Made by a program: the position numbers and the translations under genes. From Elusimicrobiota bacterium (GTDB taxonomy: Bacteria; Elusimicrobiota; Endomicrobiia; CG1-02-37-114; JAHJSO01): 49,223 nucleotides of DNA. This document shows positions 29,648-39,066 of this stretch, one piece after another. The notes beneath the pieces were generated by a model that had not been told where the DNA came from, did no database searches, and saw nothing but the letters and a program-made list of their open reading frames with translations. Position 1 is the first letter of the stretch, and each line of letters opens with the position of its first letter. Location of the stretch: positions 1 to 49,223 of the forward strand of contig JBDRQF010000058.1 in the NCBI GenBank assembly GCA_043826435.1, in the 5' to 3' direction.

Positions 29648-30602
29648 CGGAACCGGAATATAATCTTATGCCTTTTGTTTTTGTTATCCTGCCTACACGG
29701 AAAACCCGCTGCCCGGCAGGAATTTTTTGCTGTCCGGAGGTGAAGACAAGTTCGTAGTCCTCGCCGCCGTAGAGAGCAAAATCCATTGCTCTTGTGAAAT
29801 TTTTTGAGTATGCCCTAAGTTGTTTTGATACCGGTATGTTGTCCGCATAGATTTCAGCGCCGGCGCCGCTTGCCTTACAGAGTTGTTCTATTGAACTGAA
29901 AAGACCGTCCGACGAATCAATCATTGACGTCGCTATTCTGCTGACTGCCTTTGCCTGTTTAAGTTTCACGGGCGGGTAGAAGTGTTTGCGGATGAGGTGT
30001 TTAAACAGAGGGGTGTCCCTGAAATTGTTTTTTCCTTTTTGCAGAATTTCAAGTCCTGCTGATGAATCCCCCATGTTGCCCGTGATGTATATATACTCAC
30101 CGGGTTTTGCGCCCGACCTCCTGACAATTTTGTTTTTTTGTACAGTGCCGATGAGTGTAATGGAGATAACCCATAACGGGGATGAGTTCGTGTCGCCGCC
30201 GATTATGTTAATGTTGTGCTTTTTTGCAAGACGAATGAGCCCATCATAAAAGTTATTCAGGTTTTCTAAGGATGTGTCAGGAGGGAGTCCCAGCCCGATG
30301 CAGCAATATAGCGGCTGAACATCCCCCATCGCCGACAGGTCGCTTATATTGACAGCAAGACACTTATAGCCGAGCGCCCTGAATAAGTGTTCCTTCTTTT
30401 TGAAGAAACTCTGCCAGGTGGACAAAAAATGGCTTCCCTCAATCAGTATGTCGGTCGTACAGACAAAATACCTGCCCGGGAATTCACTTATGAACGCATC
30501 GTCTCCGGGAAGGACCAGTATGTTCTTTTTTGCGTAGGCAGGGGATATCTTTTTTATAACTCTGTCTATAATCGCAAACTCGCCCAGTTGACTAAGTTTC
30601 AC
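29565..30602 (-). CDS. thiL: Thiamine-monophosphate kinase
   Basis: GEFAII, GDDA, NISDLSAMG, IGGDT, DSSDGL, GGEDYEL, GFEHF. Confidence 0.93.
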   Translation of the reverse strand: MKLSQLGEFAIIDRVIKKISPAYAKKNILVLPGDDAFISEFPGRYFVCTTDILIEGSHFLSTWQSFFKKKEHLFRALGYKCLAVNISDLSAMGDVQPLYCCIGLGLPPDTSLENLNNFYDGLIRLAKKHNINIIGGDTNSSPLWVISITLIGTVQKNKIVRRSGAKPGEYIYITGNMGDSSAGLEILQKGKNNFRDTPLFKHLIRKHFYPPVKLKQAKAVSRIATSMIDSSDGLFSSIEQLCKASGAGAEIYADNIPVSKQLRAYSKNFTRAMDFALYGGEDYELVFTSGQQKIPAGQRVFRVGRITKTKGIRLYSGSGGKNKKELEIKKTGFEHFRNPAYQFSS

Positions 30603-30820
30603 TTTTTCTCTTCTTCTTTTTTCTGCTCCTGCTCAAGTTTTTTGGCTTCTGCCTCGTCTTTTATTGAGGTGGCGCCAGCGATCATAGCAAGGAGTCCGCC
30701 ACAGAAAAACATCACCGGTAAAGAACCCGCGAGCACCGTCCCGATTTGCGGTAAATAGAACTCTATACCGACATATGCGGATACCACAGCGACAATTACA
30801 CCTACAATCAATGCTATCAT
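30599..30820 (-). CDS. Small 2-TM membrane protein with a charged tail
   Basis: Hydrophobic segments, SD AGGAGGTG, own promoter. Confidence 0.75.
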   Translation of the reverse strand: MIALIVGVIVAVVSAYVGIEFYLPQIGTVLAGSLPVMFFCGGLLAMIAGATSIKDEAEAKKLEQEQKKEEEKK

Positions 30821-30843
30821 TGTTCATCACCTCCTTTTAATGG

Positions 30844-30872
30844 ATTTTACAAAAAATATTTTGATTTGTCAA
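30844..30872 (-). promoter_or_regulatory. sigma70-type promoter
   Basis: Minus strand TTGACA-N17-TAAAAT. Confidence 0.7.
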
Positions 30873-32053
30873 GAAAGATAATCCAGAGCGATCTGTCTCA
30901 GGAGTTTTGCCCCGACGGCAAGGCACCTCTCGTCTATGTCAAATCTGGGATGGTGCCAGGGATATTTTTTATCTTTGTTTGCACTGCCTATGTAAATGAA
31001 ACATCCGCGGGTGTATTTAAGATAATGGGCGAAGTCCTCTCCGGCCATTGAAGGTTTTTGAATGCGCACTATTTTATTTCCGGGGATGATTTTTTTTGCC
31101 GATTTGATGCACATGTCCACCACCCGGCTGTCGTTTGAAAGCACGCTCCCGACCAACTTAATATTCAGACGGTATTTTAGTTTGTATTTGCCTGCGACGC
31201 ATTTCAGCATAGATAAAATTGCCGAACATACATCTTTTCGGACCCGTTTGTTTAATGTCCTGATTGTTCCTGTAAGGACAACCCTGTCCGCCAGGACGTT
31301 GAATTTCGCGCCTCCGTGAACGGTACAGATACTCAGCACCGCTGGGTCAACGGGGTCCAATCCCCTTGAAACAATTGTCTGCAGGGATATTATGAGTTCA
31401 GAAGCAGCGAGAACAACGTCCTTGCCTATGTGCGGATAGGCGGCATGCCCTCCGCCGCCGGAGAGTTCAATTTCTAACAAATCCACCGCTGACATCATTT
31501 CGCCATATTTTATACCGATACAACCGACCGGCAGTAATGGGTTTACATGCAAACCGATTATGACATTTGGTCTGGGATTTTTAAGGACCCCCGCAGACAC
31601 CATCTGTTGCGCCCCGCCAGATGACTCTTCGTTTGGCTGAAAGATAAACTTTACACAACCGTCGGGATTAATGGCGCCGATGTCCCGTCTTAACAACATT
31701 GCACAGCCGAGAAGAATCGCTGTGTTTGCATCATGTCCGCAGGCATGCATTACACCGGGGATTGACGACCTGTAAGCTCTTTTTGATTTTTCTTCAACCG
31801 GCAGGGCGTCAATATCAGAACGCAGGGCGATACATTTTTTTGTCCCGTGTTTCCCGCTTTTCCCGCCTTTCCCGCCGGGTTTTAGAACTGCCACAACGCC
31901 TGTTTTGGTAAGACGGAATGGCTTCAGCCCGACGGAGATAAGGGTTTTCTCAATGCATTTCGCCGTGTTAAATTCCCTGTTTCCAAGTTCAGGGTTTTTG
32001 TGGATTTGTCGTCTTATGGATATGAGTTTTTTTAAAAGTGCGGTGCCTAACAC
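30869..32053 (-). CDS. M20D family amidohydrolase
   Basis: RRQIHKNPEL, RSDIDALP, MHACGHD, FQPNEE, GEDF, HHPRF. Confidence 0.92.
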   Translation of the reverse strand: MLGTALLKKLISIRRQIHKNPELGNREFNTAKCIEKTLISVGLKPFRLTKTGVVAVLKPGGKGGKSGKHGTKKCIALRSDIDALPVEEKSKRAYRSSIPGVMHACGHDANTAILLGCAMLLRRDIGAINPDGCVKFIFQPNEESSGGAQQMVSAGVLKNPRPNVIIGLHVNPLLPVGCIGIKYGEMMSAVDLLEIELSGGGGHAAYPHIGKDVVLAASELIISLQTIVSRGLDPVDPAVLSICTVHGGAKFNVLADRVVLTGTIRTLNKRVRKDVCSAILSMLKCVAGKYKLKYRLNIKLVGSVLSNDSRVVDMCIKSAKKIIPGNKIVRIQKPSMAGEDFAHYLKYTRGCFIYIGSANKDKKYPWHHPRFDIDERCLAVGAKLLRQIALDYLS

Positions 32054-32101
32054 TCTACCCCCTTTTACGGATATTTTTTTCCCACCAGCAATATTCGGCG
32101 G

Positions 32102-32998
32102 TCAAAGGCAGTGCCTTATTGCAGAAGGAATTTTTTCTATGATGTCACTTGGCGTCATTCCGATTTGCGTTTTTTCCTTTGCTGCCATATCCCCTGCCAG
32201 TCCATGAACGAACACGCCTGCAACCGCTGCGTTGAAGAGTTTTTCTTTTGAAGTTTTCCCCCTTGCCTGAGATATAAAGGCAGATATTATCCCCGTTAAG
32301 ACATCGCCGCTTCCCCCTGTGGCCATGCCGGGGTTGCCCGTGGTGTTAGTATGAATATTTTTACCGTCTGAAACAACCGTCCTGTGCCCCTTGAGGACGC
32401 ACACGATTTTATTTTTCCGGGCGAAAGACATTGCTGCTTTTTTAACGGAGTGTCTGTTTTTTTGAATTTCTGCAACAGGGGTTCCTGTAAGACGGCTGAG
32501 TTCCCCGGCGTGAGGCGTTACAATGATATGCATTTTTGATTTTTTTAACGTATCCCCGCCACCTGATATTGCGTTTAATCCGTCTGCATCCAGTACCCCG
32601 GGGAGAGATATATTCTTAATTATTTTTAGGACGAGTGTTTTTGTTGAGGGGTGCGTTGATATTCCGGGGCCTATTGCCATTGCGGTTATTTTCCTTTTGT
32701 CCGCAAAGTTTTTTATAGTGTCAAAGGCCCTGATATGTGGAGAGCCGTTATGCGTTTCAGGTAGAGGGAGGGTCATAATTTCAGGATAGAGGTTCCTTGC
32801 AACTATTTTCTGCAGGCCCTGCGGGACTGCAAGCGTTACAAGTCCCGCCCCGCTTCTGACACATGCGTTTGCACACAGTATTGATGCCCCGCTCATTCCC
32901 CTTGAGCCCGCCAGCACCAGGACATGCCCGTAGTCCCTCTTGTCCGAGTTTCTTTTCCTTTTGAGCAGGAATTTATAAAGGTTAAGGCATCGCTTCAT
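32102..32998 (-). CDS. nnrD: ADP-dependent NAD(P)H-hydrate dehydratase
   Basis: GHVLVLAGS, IGPG, VLDADG, TPHAGE, LKG, ATGGSGDVL. Confidence 0.92.
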   Translation of the reverse strand: MKRCLNLYKFLLKRKRNSDKRDYGHVLVLAGSRGMSGASILCANACVRSGAGLVTLAVPQGLQKIVARNLYPEIMTLPLPETHNGSPHIRAFDTIKNFADKRKITAMAIGPGISTHPSTKTLVLKIIKNISLPGVLDADGLNAISGGGDTLKKSKMHIIVTPHAGELSRLTGTPVAEIQKNRHSVKKAAMSFARKNKIVCVLKGHRTVVSDGKNIHTNTTGNPGMATGGSGDVLTGIISAFISQARGKTSKEKLFNAAVAGVFVHGLAGDMAAKEKTQIGMTPSDIIEKIPSAIRHCL

Positions 32999-33352
32999 TT
33001 ATTCTAACGCCGCAACGGCAACCGCAAATTCCCTCGTGTGCGACAGGGAGATGGAAAGCCCTTTCTGGATACCTTTCAGTTTGCGCGGGAGAATTATGCG
33101 GGGCATCCCGTCTTTCCTGTTGTTTATCCGGATGTCTTTGTGCGTAAGGCGTACACCGAGCGTGCGGGTTTTACTCAACGCTTTCCACACAGCTTCCTTC
33201 GCTGCAAACCGCACGGCATAGTGCTGTGCAGAGTTTTTCTTGTTCCTGCAGTAGGATATTTCGTCCTCTGAAAAAACCCTGTCCAGGAATCTTCTGCTTT
33301 TTGAGAGTTTTCCTATCCTGCTTACCTTGACGATGTCAATGCCGACGTTCAA
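32999..33352 (-). CDS. acpS: Holo-ACP synthase
   Basis: GIDIV, RFAAKEA, SISLSH. Confidence 0.93.
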   Translation of the reverse strand: MNVGIDIVKVSRIGKLSKSRRFLDRVFSEDEISYCRNKKNSAQHYAVRFAAKEAVWKALSKTRTLGVRLTHKDIRINNRKDGMPRIILPRKLKGIQKGLSISLSHTREFAVAVAALE

Positions 33353-33356
33353 GAGA

Positions 33357-33794
33357 TTACCTCTTTGTCCACTGGAATTTTTTTCTTGCCTTGGGCTGGC
33401 CCGGTTTTTTCCGCTCCACCATCCGCGGGTCCCTTCTTAAAAAACCTGCGGCTTTCAGTTTCGGTCTCCAGGTCTCGTTTATTTTGCTGAGGGCGCGGGA
33501 CATCGCATGCCTTATCGCCTCTGCCTGTCCCGTAAGCCCGCCGCCGGAAACGTTCACAAAAAAATCATACCCGGACGTTTCGGGGACTAACTTCACCGGT
33601 TCAAGGACCTTTATCTTGCACCATGTGTTCCCTGCAAAATAGCCGTCTATGTCCTTTTTGTTTATGACTATCTTTCCGGTCCCATTGCGGACCCACAACC
33701 TGGCCACGGCTGTTTTCCTTCTGCCCGTAGCCCACAGGAGTGGCGCATTTTTCACTGTGCCTGCTTTCTGTTGCGTTTGTGTGTTTTCTGCCAT
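33357..33794 (-). CDS. rpsI: 30S ribosomal protein S9
   Basis: TGRRKTAVA, GGGLTGQAEAIR, RDPRMVERKK. Confidence 0.97.
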   Translation of the reverse strand: MAENTQTQQKAGTVKNAPLLWATGRRKTAVARLWVRNGTGKIVINKKDIDGYFAGNTWCKIKVLEPVKLVPETSGYDFFVNVSGGGLTGQAEAIRHAMSRALSKINETWRPKLKAAGFLRRDPRMVERKKPGQPKARKKFQWTKR

Positions 33795-33807
33795 AATGAT
33801 TTTCTCC

Positions 33808-34173
33808 TTAATTTGTTTTTCCCTCTTTGTATATCTTTAACCTTTTGAGGAACCTTTTTCTAAGTTTGTTTTTCGGCAGCATCCCGCTTACAGACAGATA
33901 GATGACCCTTGCCGGGCTCTTGCCGAAAAGTTCTTTGTAAGAGGTGTACTTGTCGCCGCCGGGATACATTGAATGGCTAAAGTATATCTTCTGGTCCGCC
34001 TTTTTCCCCGTAACCCTGATTTTGCCCGCGTTCGTAATTTCCACAAAATCACCGCAGTCCTGGTTCGGGATGTATTGCGGTTTGTGTTTCCCCTGAAGCA
34101 GTTTTGCGACCTGGGTGGACAGGCGGCCCAGGACCTTGTCCGTTGCGTCAATAAAGTGCCATGTTCTTTCCAT
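33808..34173 (-). CDS. rplM: 50S ribosomal protein L13 (short)
   Basis: WHFIDA...LGRL...GKHKP...DCGD...YPGG...GMLPKN; ATG 34173 is the likely start. Confidence 0.93.
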   Translation of the reverse strand: MERTWHFIDATDKVLGRLSTQVAKLLQGKHKPQYIPNQDCGDFVEITNAGKIRVTGKKADQKIYFSHSMYPGGDKYTSYKELFGKSPARVIYLSVSGMLPKNKLRKRFLKRLKIYKEGKTN

Positions 34174-34230
34174 AGTTTTTTTTCCTCTCCGTGCGCTTCT
34201 TATTCGTCGCACAGCGACCCTTCCGCCGTG

Positions 34231-36063
34231 TTATTCTACAGTAACGCTCTTTGCCAGGTTCCTCGGCTGGTCAACGTCGCAGCCGCGGATGTCGGCTATA
34301 TAGTAAGCAAGGAGTTGTAAGGGTATAACGTTAAGGACGGGCGTAAATATTTCCTCAACAGCGGGCATATCTATAACATAATCAAGCAGCCCGTCGGGGA
34401 TCTTGTCGCCCCGCGTCGTAATGCCTATGGTTATACCGTTCCTTGTTTTCGCTTCCTGGATATTTGAAATTATCTTCTTCAGCAGCGGGCTGCCGGTCGC
34501 TATCGCCACCACAGGCATATTTTCATCAATAAGTGCTATAGGTCCGTGTTTCATCTCCCCTGCCGGGTAACCCTCTGCGTGGATGTACGATATTTCTTTA
34601 AGTTTCAGTGCACCCTCCAGCGCCACAGGATAGTTTATCCCCCTGCCCAGGTAAAGAAAATCGCTTTTTTTATAGAACATACCGGCGAGTTCCCGGATGC
34701 AGCGGGATTTTTTCAGTACCGCCTCGGAGAGTTGCGGTATGTGAAGGAGTTCCTTTATGAGTCCGGAGTATCTTTTCTGCGGGATTGTTTTTCTTGTTTT
34801 TGCGAGATAAAACGCAAGCAGGAACAGTGTTACCAGTTGTCCCGTGAACGCCTTGGTTGAAGCCACGCCGATTTCAGGACCGCAGTGCGTGTATATTATG
34901 CCGTCTGCCTCGCGCGTGGCGGTAGAGCCGACCACATTACAGATGGTGAGGGTTGTGGCGCCTGCCTTTTTTGATAGCCGCATTGCAGCGAGCGTGTCCG
35001 CCGTTTCGCCCGACTGGGTGATGGCGATGACGAGAGAGCCGGGGTTGATTACCGGCTGCCTGTACCTGAATTCAGAGGCGATGTCAACCTCAACCGGGAG
35101 ACGCACAAGTCCTTCAATTAAAAATTTTCCTATCAGTCCCGCGTGGTATGACGTGCCGCATGCGAGGATGAATATTTTATTCACCCGTTTCAGGAAATTA
35201 TCGCTGATTGACAGGTCTTCAAGATATATGTCGTTGTTGAGTATCCTGCCACGGAGGGTATCCCTCATTGATGCCGGCTGTTCAAAAATCTCCTTGAGCA
35301 TGAAGTGCTTGTAGCCGCCCTTTTCAGCCATTATGGGATCCCATGATATTTCCACCGGCTGGCGGCTAACCTTCCTGCCTTTTGAGTTGATTATTTCAGC
35401 CATGGGCGGTGTGAGGACCGCGAATTCGTCGTCTTCAAGGAATATGAAATTTTTTGTATAGGGTAGAAGTGCGGGGACGTCCGAAGCGATAAAAAATTCC
35501 TGGCGGTCTTTTCCTATGCCTACAACCAGAGGGCTGTCTTTGCGTACGGCAACAAGTTTGTCCGGTTCGTCGGCGGATATAATGCCCAACGCGTATGCCC
35601 CGGCTAATTTTTTTGTCGCCCTGAAAACAGCCGCAAACAAGTCCCTGCCGTCGTAATACTTTTCAATAAGATGAACTATCACTTCCGTGTCCGTCTCAGA
35701 TGAGAACCGGTGTCCCTCCTTCGTCAGTTCCTTTTTCAGTTCCATGAAGTTTTCAATTATCCCGTTATGCACGACTACAATTTTGTTTTTGCAGTCCATG
35801 TGCGGGTGGGCGTTTTCTTCCGACGGTTTACCGTGCGTCGCCCAGCGGGTGTGCCCCACGCCCAGGTTGCCGGATACAGGTTTCCGGGCAAGTTGCGCTG
35901 AGAGGTTTGCAAGCTTGCCGGCGCACCTGACAACACTAATCCCGTTACCCGTTAATACGGCGATACCGGCAGAGTCGTAGCCCCTGTATTCAAGACGCTT
36001 AAGCCCTTCCAGTATAATTTCAACCGCGTTATTTTTACCTATGTATCCCACTATTCCGCACAT
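34231..36063 (-). CDS. glmS: Glutamine--fructose-6-phosphate aminotransferase
   Basis: MCGIVG, LEYRGYDSAG, GHTRWATHG, QSGETADT, PRNLAKSVTVE. Confidence 0.98.
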   Translation of the reverse strand: MCGIVGYIGKNNAVEIILEGLKRLEYRGYDSAGIAVLTGNGISVVRCAGKLANLSAQLARKPVSGNLGVGHTRWATHGKPSEENAHPHMDCKNKIVVVHNGIIENFMELKKELTKEGHRFSSETDTEVIVHLIEKYYDGRDLFAAVFRATKKLAGAYALGIISADEPDKLVAVRKDSPLVVGIGKDRQEFFIASDVPALLPYTKNFIFLEDDEFAVLTPPMAEIINSKGRKVSRQPVEISWDPIMAEKGGYKHFMLKEIFEQPASMRDTLRGRILNNDIYLEDLSISDNFLKRVNKIFILACGTSYHAGLIGKFLIEGLVRLPVEVDIASEFRYRQPVINPGSLVIAITQSGETADTLAAMRLSKKAGATTLTICNVVGSTATREADGIIYTHCGPEIGVASTKAFTGQLVTLFLLAFYLAKTRKTIPQKRYSGLIKELLHIPQLSEAVLKKSRCIRELAGMFYKKSDFLYLGRGINYPVALEGALKLKEISYIHAEGYPAGEMKHGPIALIDENMPVVAIATGSPLLKKIISNIQEAKTRNGITIGITTRGDKIPDGLLDYVIDMPAVEEIFTPVLNVIPLQLLAYYIADIRGCDVDQPRNLAKSVTVE

Positions 36064-36162
36064 GAGAGTATCCTCTTCATTTTCCGGACGGGGGAGGGTA
36101 GGGGCGAACGGGCGGCTGGAGGACTATTCCGCACATGAGAGTATCCCCTTCATTTCCCTGAC
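36050..36162. repeat. 40-bp direct repeat (36050-36089 and 36123-36162, 37/40 identical) at the pdxJ/glmS junction
   Basis: ACTATTCCGCACATGAGAGTATCC(T/C)CTTCATTT(T/C)CC(G/T)GAC in both copies. Confidence 0.9.
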
Positions 36163-36846
36163 AGCGTCGTGCAGGCCTGTAAACACCGAGCGGGCGACGA
36201 TTGAAAACCCGATGTTTAAGGTATGCATGCCCGGTATCCTTGCAATGGGTAAAACGTTTTCATAATCAAGGCCGTGTCCTGCATTGAGAATCAAACCGTA
36301 TTTGAGAACAATTTTAGCCGCCTTTTCCAGCTTCAGCAATTCCGTTCTATGCCCCGGTTTGGAGTCGCACCCGGCGAATCTGCCGGTGTGAAGTTCAACG
36401 CAGTCAGCCCCGCATTCCTTCGCCGCGGCCACCTGTTTTTCGTCAGGATTTATAAAAACACTGACGGTTATACCGCGCGCCTTTAGTTTTTTTATGACCC
36501 TTCTTATTTTTTCTTTTTGAGAGAAAACGTCCAGGCCGCCCTCCGTCGTGAGTTCCTGTCTCTTCTCCGGGACGAGACACGCCTCATGCGGCCTAACATC
36601 GGCTGCAATTGCTACGATTTCAGGCGAGATGCTCATCTCAAGGTTAAGCCGTGTCTTTATCTTTTTCCTGAGAAGATAAACGTCTTCGTCCTGGATGTGC
36701 CGCCTGTCTTCCCTGAGGTGAATGGTTATGCCGTCGGCACCCGCCCTTACACACTCTTTCGCCGCGGAGAGCAAATCAGGTGCGCCGCACTTCCTTGCCT
36801 GTCTTAAAGTCGCTATGTGGTCTATGTTTACCCCTAATTTAACCAT
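36124..36846 (-). CDS. pdxJ: Pyridoxine 5'-phosphate synthase
   Basis: LGVNIDHIATLRQAR, HLREDRRHI, ELTTEGGLD, ELHTG, AGHGL. Confidence 0.96.
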   Translation of the reverse strand: MVKLGVNIDHIATLRQARKCGAPDLLSAAKECVRAGADGITIHLREDRRHIQDEDVYLLRKKIKTRLNLEMSISPEIVAIAADVRPHEACLVPEKRQELTTEGGLDVFSQKEKIRRVIKKLKARGITVSVFINPDEKQVAAAKECGADCVELHTGRFAGCDSKPGHRTELLKLEKAAKIVLKYGLILNAGHGLDYENVLPIARIPGMHTLNIGFSIVARSVFTGLHDAVREMKGILSCAE

Positions 36847-38204
36847 TTTTTACCCGCCCGGCTTATTCTGTCTGCAATACCCTCTATTTGTTTTTGATTT
36901 TTACCTTCAACCATAATCCTGAGGAGCGGCTCTGTGCCCGAATATCTTACGGACACTCTGCCGTTTTGTCGTAGAATTTTTTCTGATTTTTTTATCTGCT
37001 CAATGAGTTCGGGAATTTTTTCTACGGGCATCCTTTTTGATACGGGCAGATTTTTTAAGACCTGCGGATATTTCGTCATAACGCCGCACAGTTGTGAAAA
37101 CGGCATGCGGGATTCCTTCAGTATGTTTAAGACCTGCAGCGCCGTCAGGAGCCCGTCGCCGGTCGGCAGGTAATCGGAAAAGATAATATGGCCCGACTGT
37201 TCGCCGCCCAAGTTGCCCCCGCTCTCCTTAATTGCCTGCTGGACGTACTTGTCGCCCACGGGCGTGACGAGCGTTTTTATGCCGGCTTCCTGCATTGCCT
37301 CCAGCAGCCCGAGGTTTGACATAATCGTCACAACGAGCGTTTTATTGATAAGTTTATTTTTATTCAGGAGATGTTTTGCTGCGACCGCCATGATAAAATC
37401 ACCGTCTCTTATGTTGCCCTTTTCGTCTATGAATATTACCCTGTCACCGTCGCCGTCAAAGGCGATACCGCATGTTGCCCCGTTTTTCAATACCGCCCGT
37501 TGCAGTTTTTCCGGATGCAGGGAGCCGCAACCCCGGTTTATGTTTTTACCGTCGCATTGACCGTGCATTATTACCGTTTCTGCATTCAGCATATTGTGAA
37601 AAATCTCATTTGCAAATCTTCCCGTTGCACCGTTAGCGCAATCAATCACCAGTTTTATCCCCGACAGGTTGAAGTTTTTCGGCAGGGTTGATTTCAGGAA
37701 ATTCAGGTACTTTAAAAATTCATTTCCTGAATTGTTTTTCCCCGATGCAAGCAGAGTCCTTCCTGTTGAACGGGGTGAAACATTGATTAGTTTATCCATT
37801 TCCCTTTCTATTTCAATTTCCCAGTTATCGTCAATCTTTTCGCCGGATGGGGCGAAAAACTTTATTCCGTTGTAAGACGCAGGGTTGTGCGACGCAGATA
37901 CTGAACAACCGTAACCGCCGTACTCCCCGCACAGGTACGCTATACCGGGCGTCGTAAAAATACCTAATTGTTTCACCCTGAACCCGGCTGAAGAAAATGA
38001 CTTTGAAACGACTCCGTTTATCCACCTGCCCGACGGCCGCGGATCCATACCTATGAAAATGTCTCTTGCAGAGCCGCGTTTTCTGAAGACCGTTGCAGCG
38101 GACATTGATATTTTTTTAACGGTGGCGCCGTCAACGGGGTATTCTCCCGCGACCCCCCGGACTCCGTCGGTACCGAAAAGTTTTTTTACTTTACATACAA
38201 CCAT
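36834..38204 (-). CDS. glmM: Phosphoglucosamine mutase
   Basis: FGTDGVRG, SASHNP, DGDGDR, GGEQSGH, RYSGTEP. Confidence 0.95.
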   Translation of the reverse strand: MVVCKVKKLFGTDGVRGVAGEYPVDGATVKKISMSAATVFRKRGSARDIFIGMDPRPSGRWINGVVSKSFSSAGFRVKQLGIFTTPGIAYLCGEYGGYGCSVSASHNPASYNGIKFFAPSGEKIDDNWEIEIEREMDKLINVSPRSTGRTLLASGKNNSGNEFLKYLNFLKSTLPKNFNLSGIKLVIDCANGATGRFANEIFHNMLNAETVIMHGQCDGKNINRGCGSLHPEKLQRAVLKNGATCGIAFDGDGDRVIFIDEKGNIRDGDFIMAVAAKHLLNKNKLINKTLVVTIMSNLGLLEAMQEAGIKTLVTPVGDKYVQQAIKESGGNLGGEQSGHIIFSDYLPTGDGLLTALQVLNILKESRMPFSQLCGVMTKYPQVLKNLPVSKRMPVEKIPELIEQIKKSEKILRQNGRVSVRYSGTEPLLRIMVEGKNQKQIEGIADRISRAGKKWLN

Positions 38205-38269
38205 AGCAGTATTGCAAGCAGTATCGCAATGAGTTTCAGTTCCCAGTTATGTTTAATCTTTTCAAGCAT
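38186..38269 (-). CDS. 27-aa CdaR/YbbR-like transmembrane micro-ORF (MLEKIKHNWELKLIAILLAILLWLYVK)
   Basis: Manual translation; the ATG overlaps the cdaA stop; matches the NWxLKxxAxxLAxxLWxYV N-terminal anchor of YbbR/CdaR; lies at the syntenic position. Confidence 0.65.
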   Translation of the reverse strand: MLEKIKHNWELKLIAILLAILLWLYVK

Positions 38270-39065
38270 TTTTTATCCGGTGGTCCGTGTTCTTGTGAAT
38301 AAACGACTTTTCAAATTTTTCCTTGTATATCCGTTCAAGAGATGCCTCAATGTTGTCCGGTTCCATGTCTCTTTCAAGTTTGCCGTGGCGCGCCATGGAA
38401 ATCTGTCCCGTCTCCTCGGACACGATTATTGCAATTGCATCGGAGACCTCAGATATACCCAGCCCCGCCCTGTGTCTTGTGCCCAGCGCTTTTGATAGGT
38501 AAGGGTTGTCGCTGACCGGCAGTATACACCCCGCGGCAATAAGCCGTGACTCCTGCATTATTACGGCGCCGTCATGCAGTATGGATTTTGTGTAAAAAAT
38601 GGAAAGGAGCAGTTCCATGCTGAGCTGCCCGTTGATTATACAGCCCGTTTCAATGAAATCCCTCAGCCCCGTTTCTTGCTGGAGGACAATGAGCCCGCCT
38701 GTCCTGTTCTGCGACATCTCTTTTATCGCCGACATTATTTCGTTGATGAATTTCAGTTCCACAGGGATGAATATCCTCTTTATCGGTTCCGAGCCCAGCT
38801 GGGCAAGGAGTTGTCTGAATTCCGGCTGGAACACGATGGCTATTATGATAACCGAGTAAAACCATAAGTTTTTCAGCAGCCAGTTGAGGGTCTTTAATGG
38901 AAGTATCTCCCTGACGATAAAAGTAAGGATTGCGATGATTACAATGCCCGTGAGTATCTGCACCGACCTTGTGCCTTTAACAAGAAGTATAAGGCGGTAG
39001 AAGACATAGGCGACTATTAGTATGTCAATAACTTTGAGTAGGTGCGATGTCCAGACGTTTATCAT
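38262..39065 (-). CDS. cdaA: Diadenylate cyclase CdaA/DacA
   Basis: 3 N-terminal TMs, FQPEFR, LHDGA, GTRHRA, VSEETG. Confidence 0.95.
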   Translation of the reverse strand: MINVWTSHLLKVIDILIVAYVFYRLILLVKGTRSVQILTGIVIIAILTFIVREILPLKTLNWLLKNLWFYSVIIIAIVFQPEFRQLLAQLGSEPIKRIFIPVELKFINEIMSAIKEMSQNRTGGLIVLQQETGLRDFIETGCIINGQLSMELLLSIFYTKSILHDGAVIMQESRLIAAGCILPVSDNPYLSKALGTRHRAGLGISEVSDAIAIIVSEETGQISMARHGKLERDMEPDNIEASLERIYKEKFEKSFIHKNTDHRIKNA

Positions 39066-39066
39066 T

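Noticed and set aside
36064..36123. glmS ribozyme
   Set aside because: Only 60 bp separate pdxJ and glmS, and these are explained by the duplication; too short, and no ribozyme core seen
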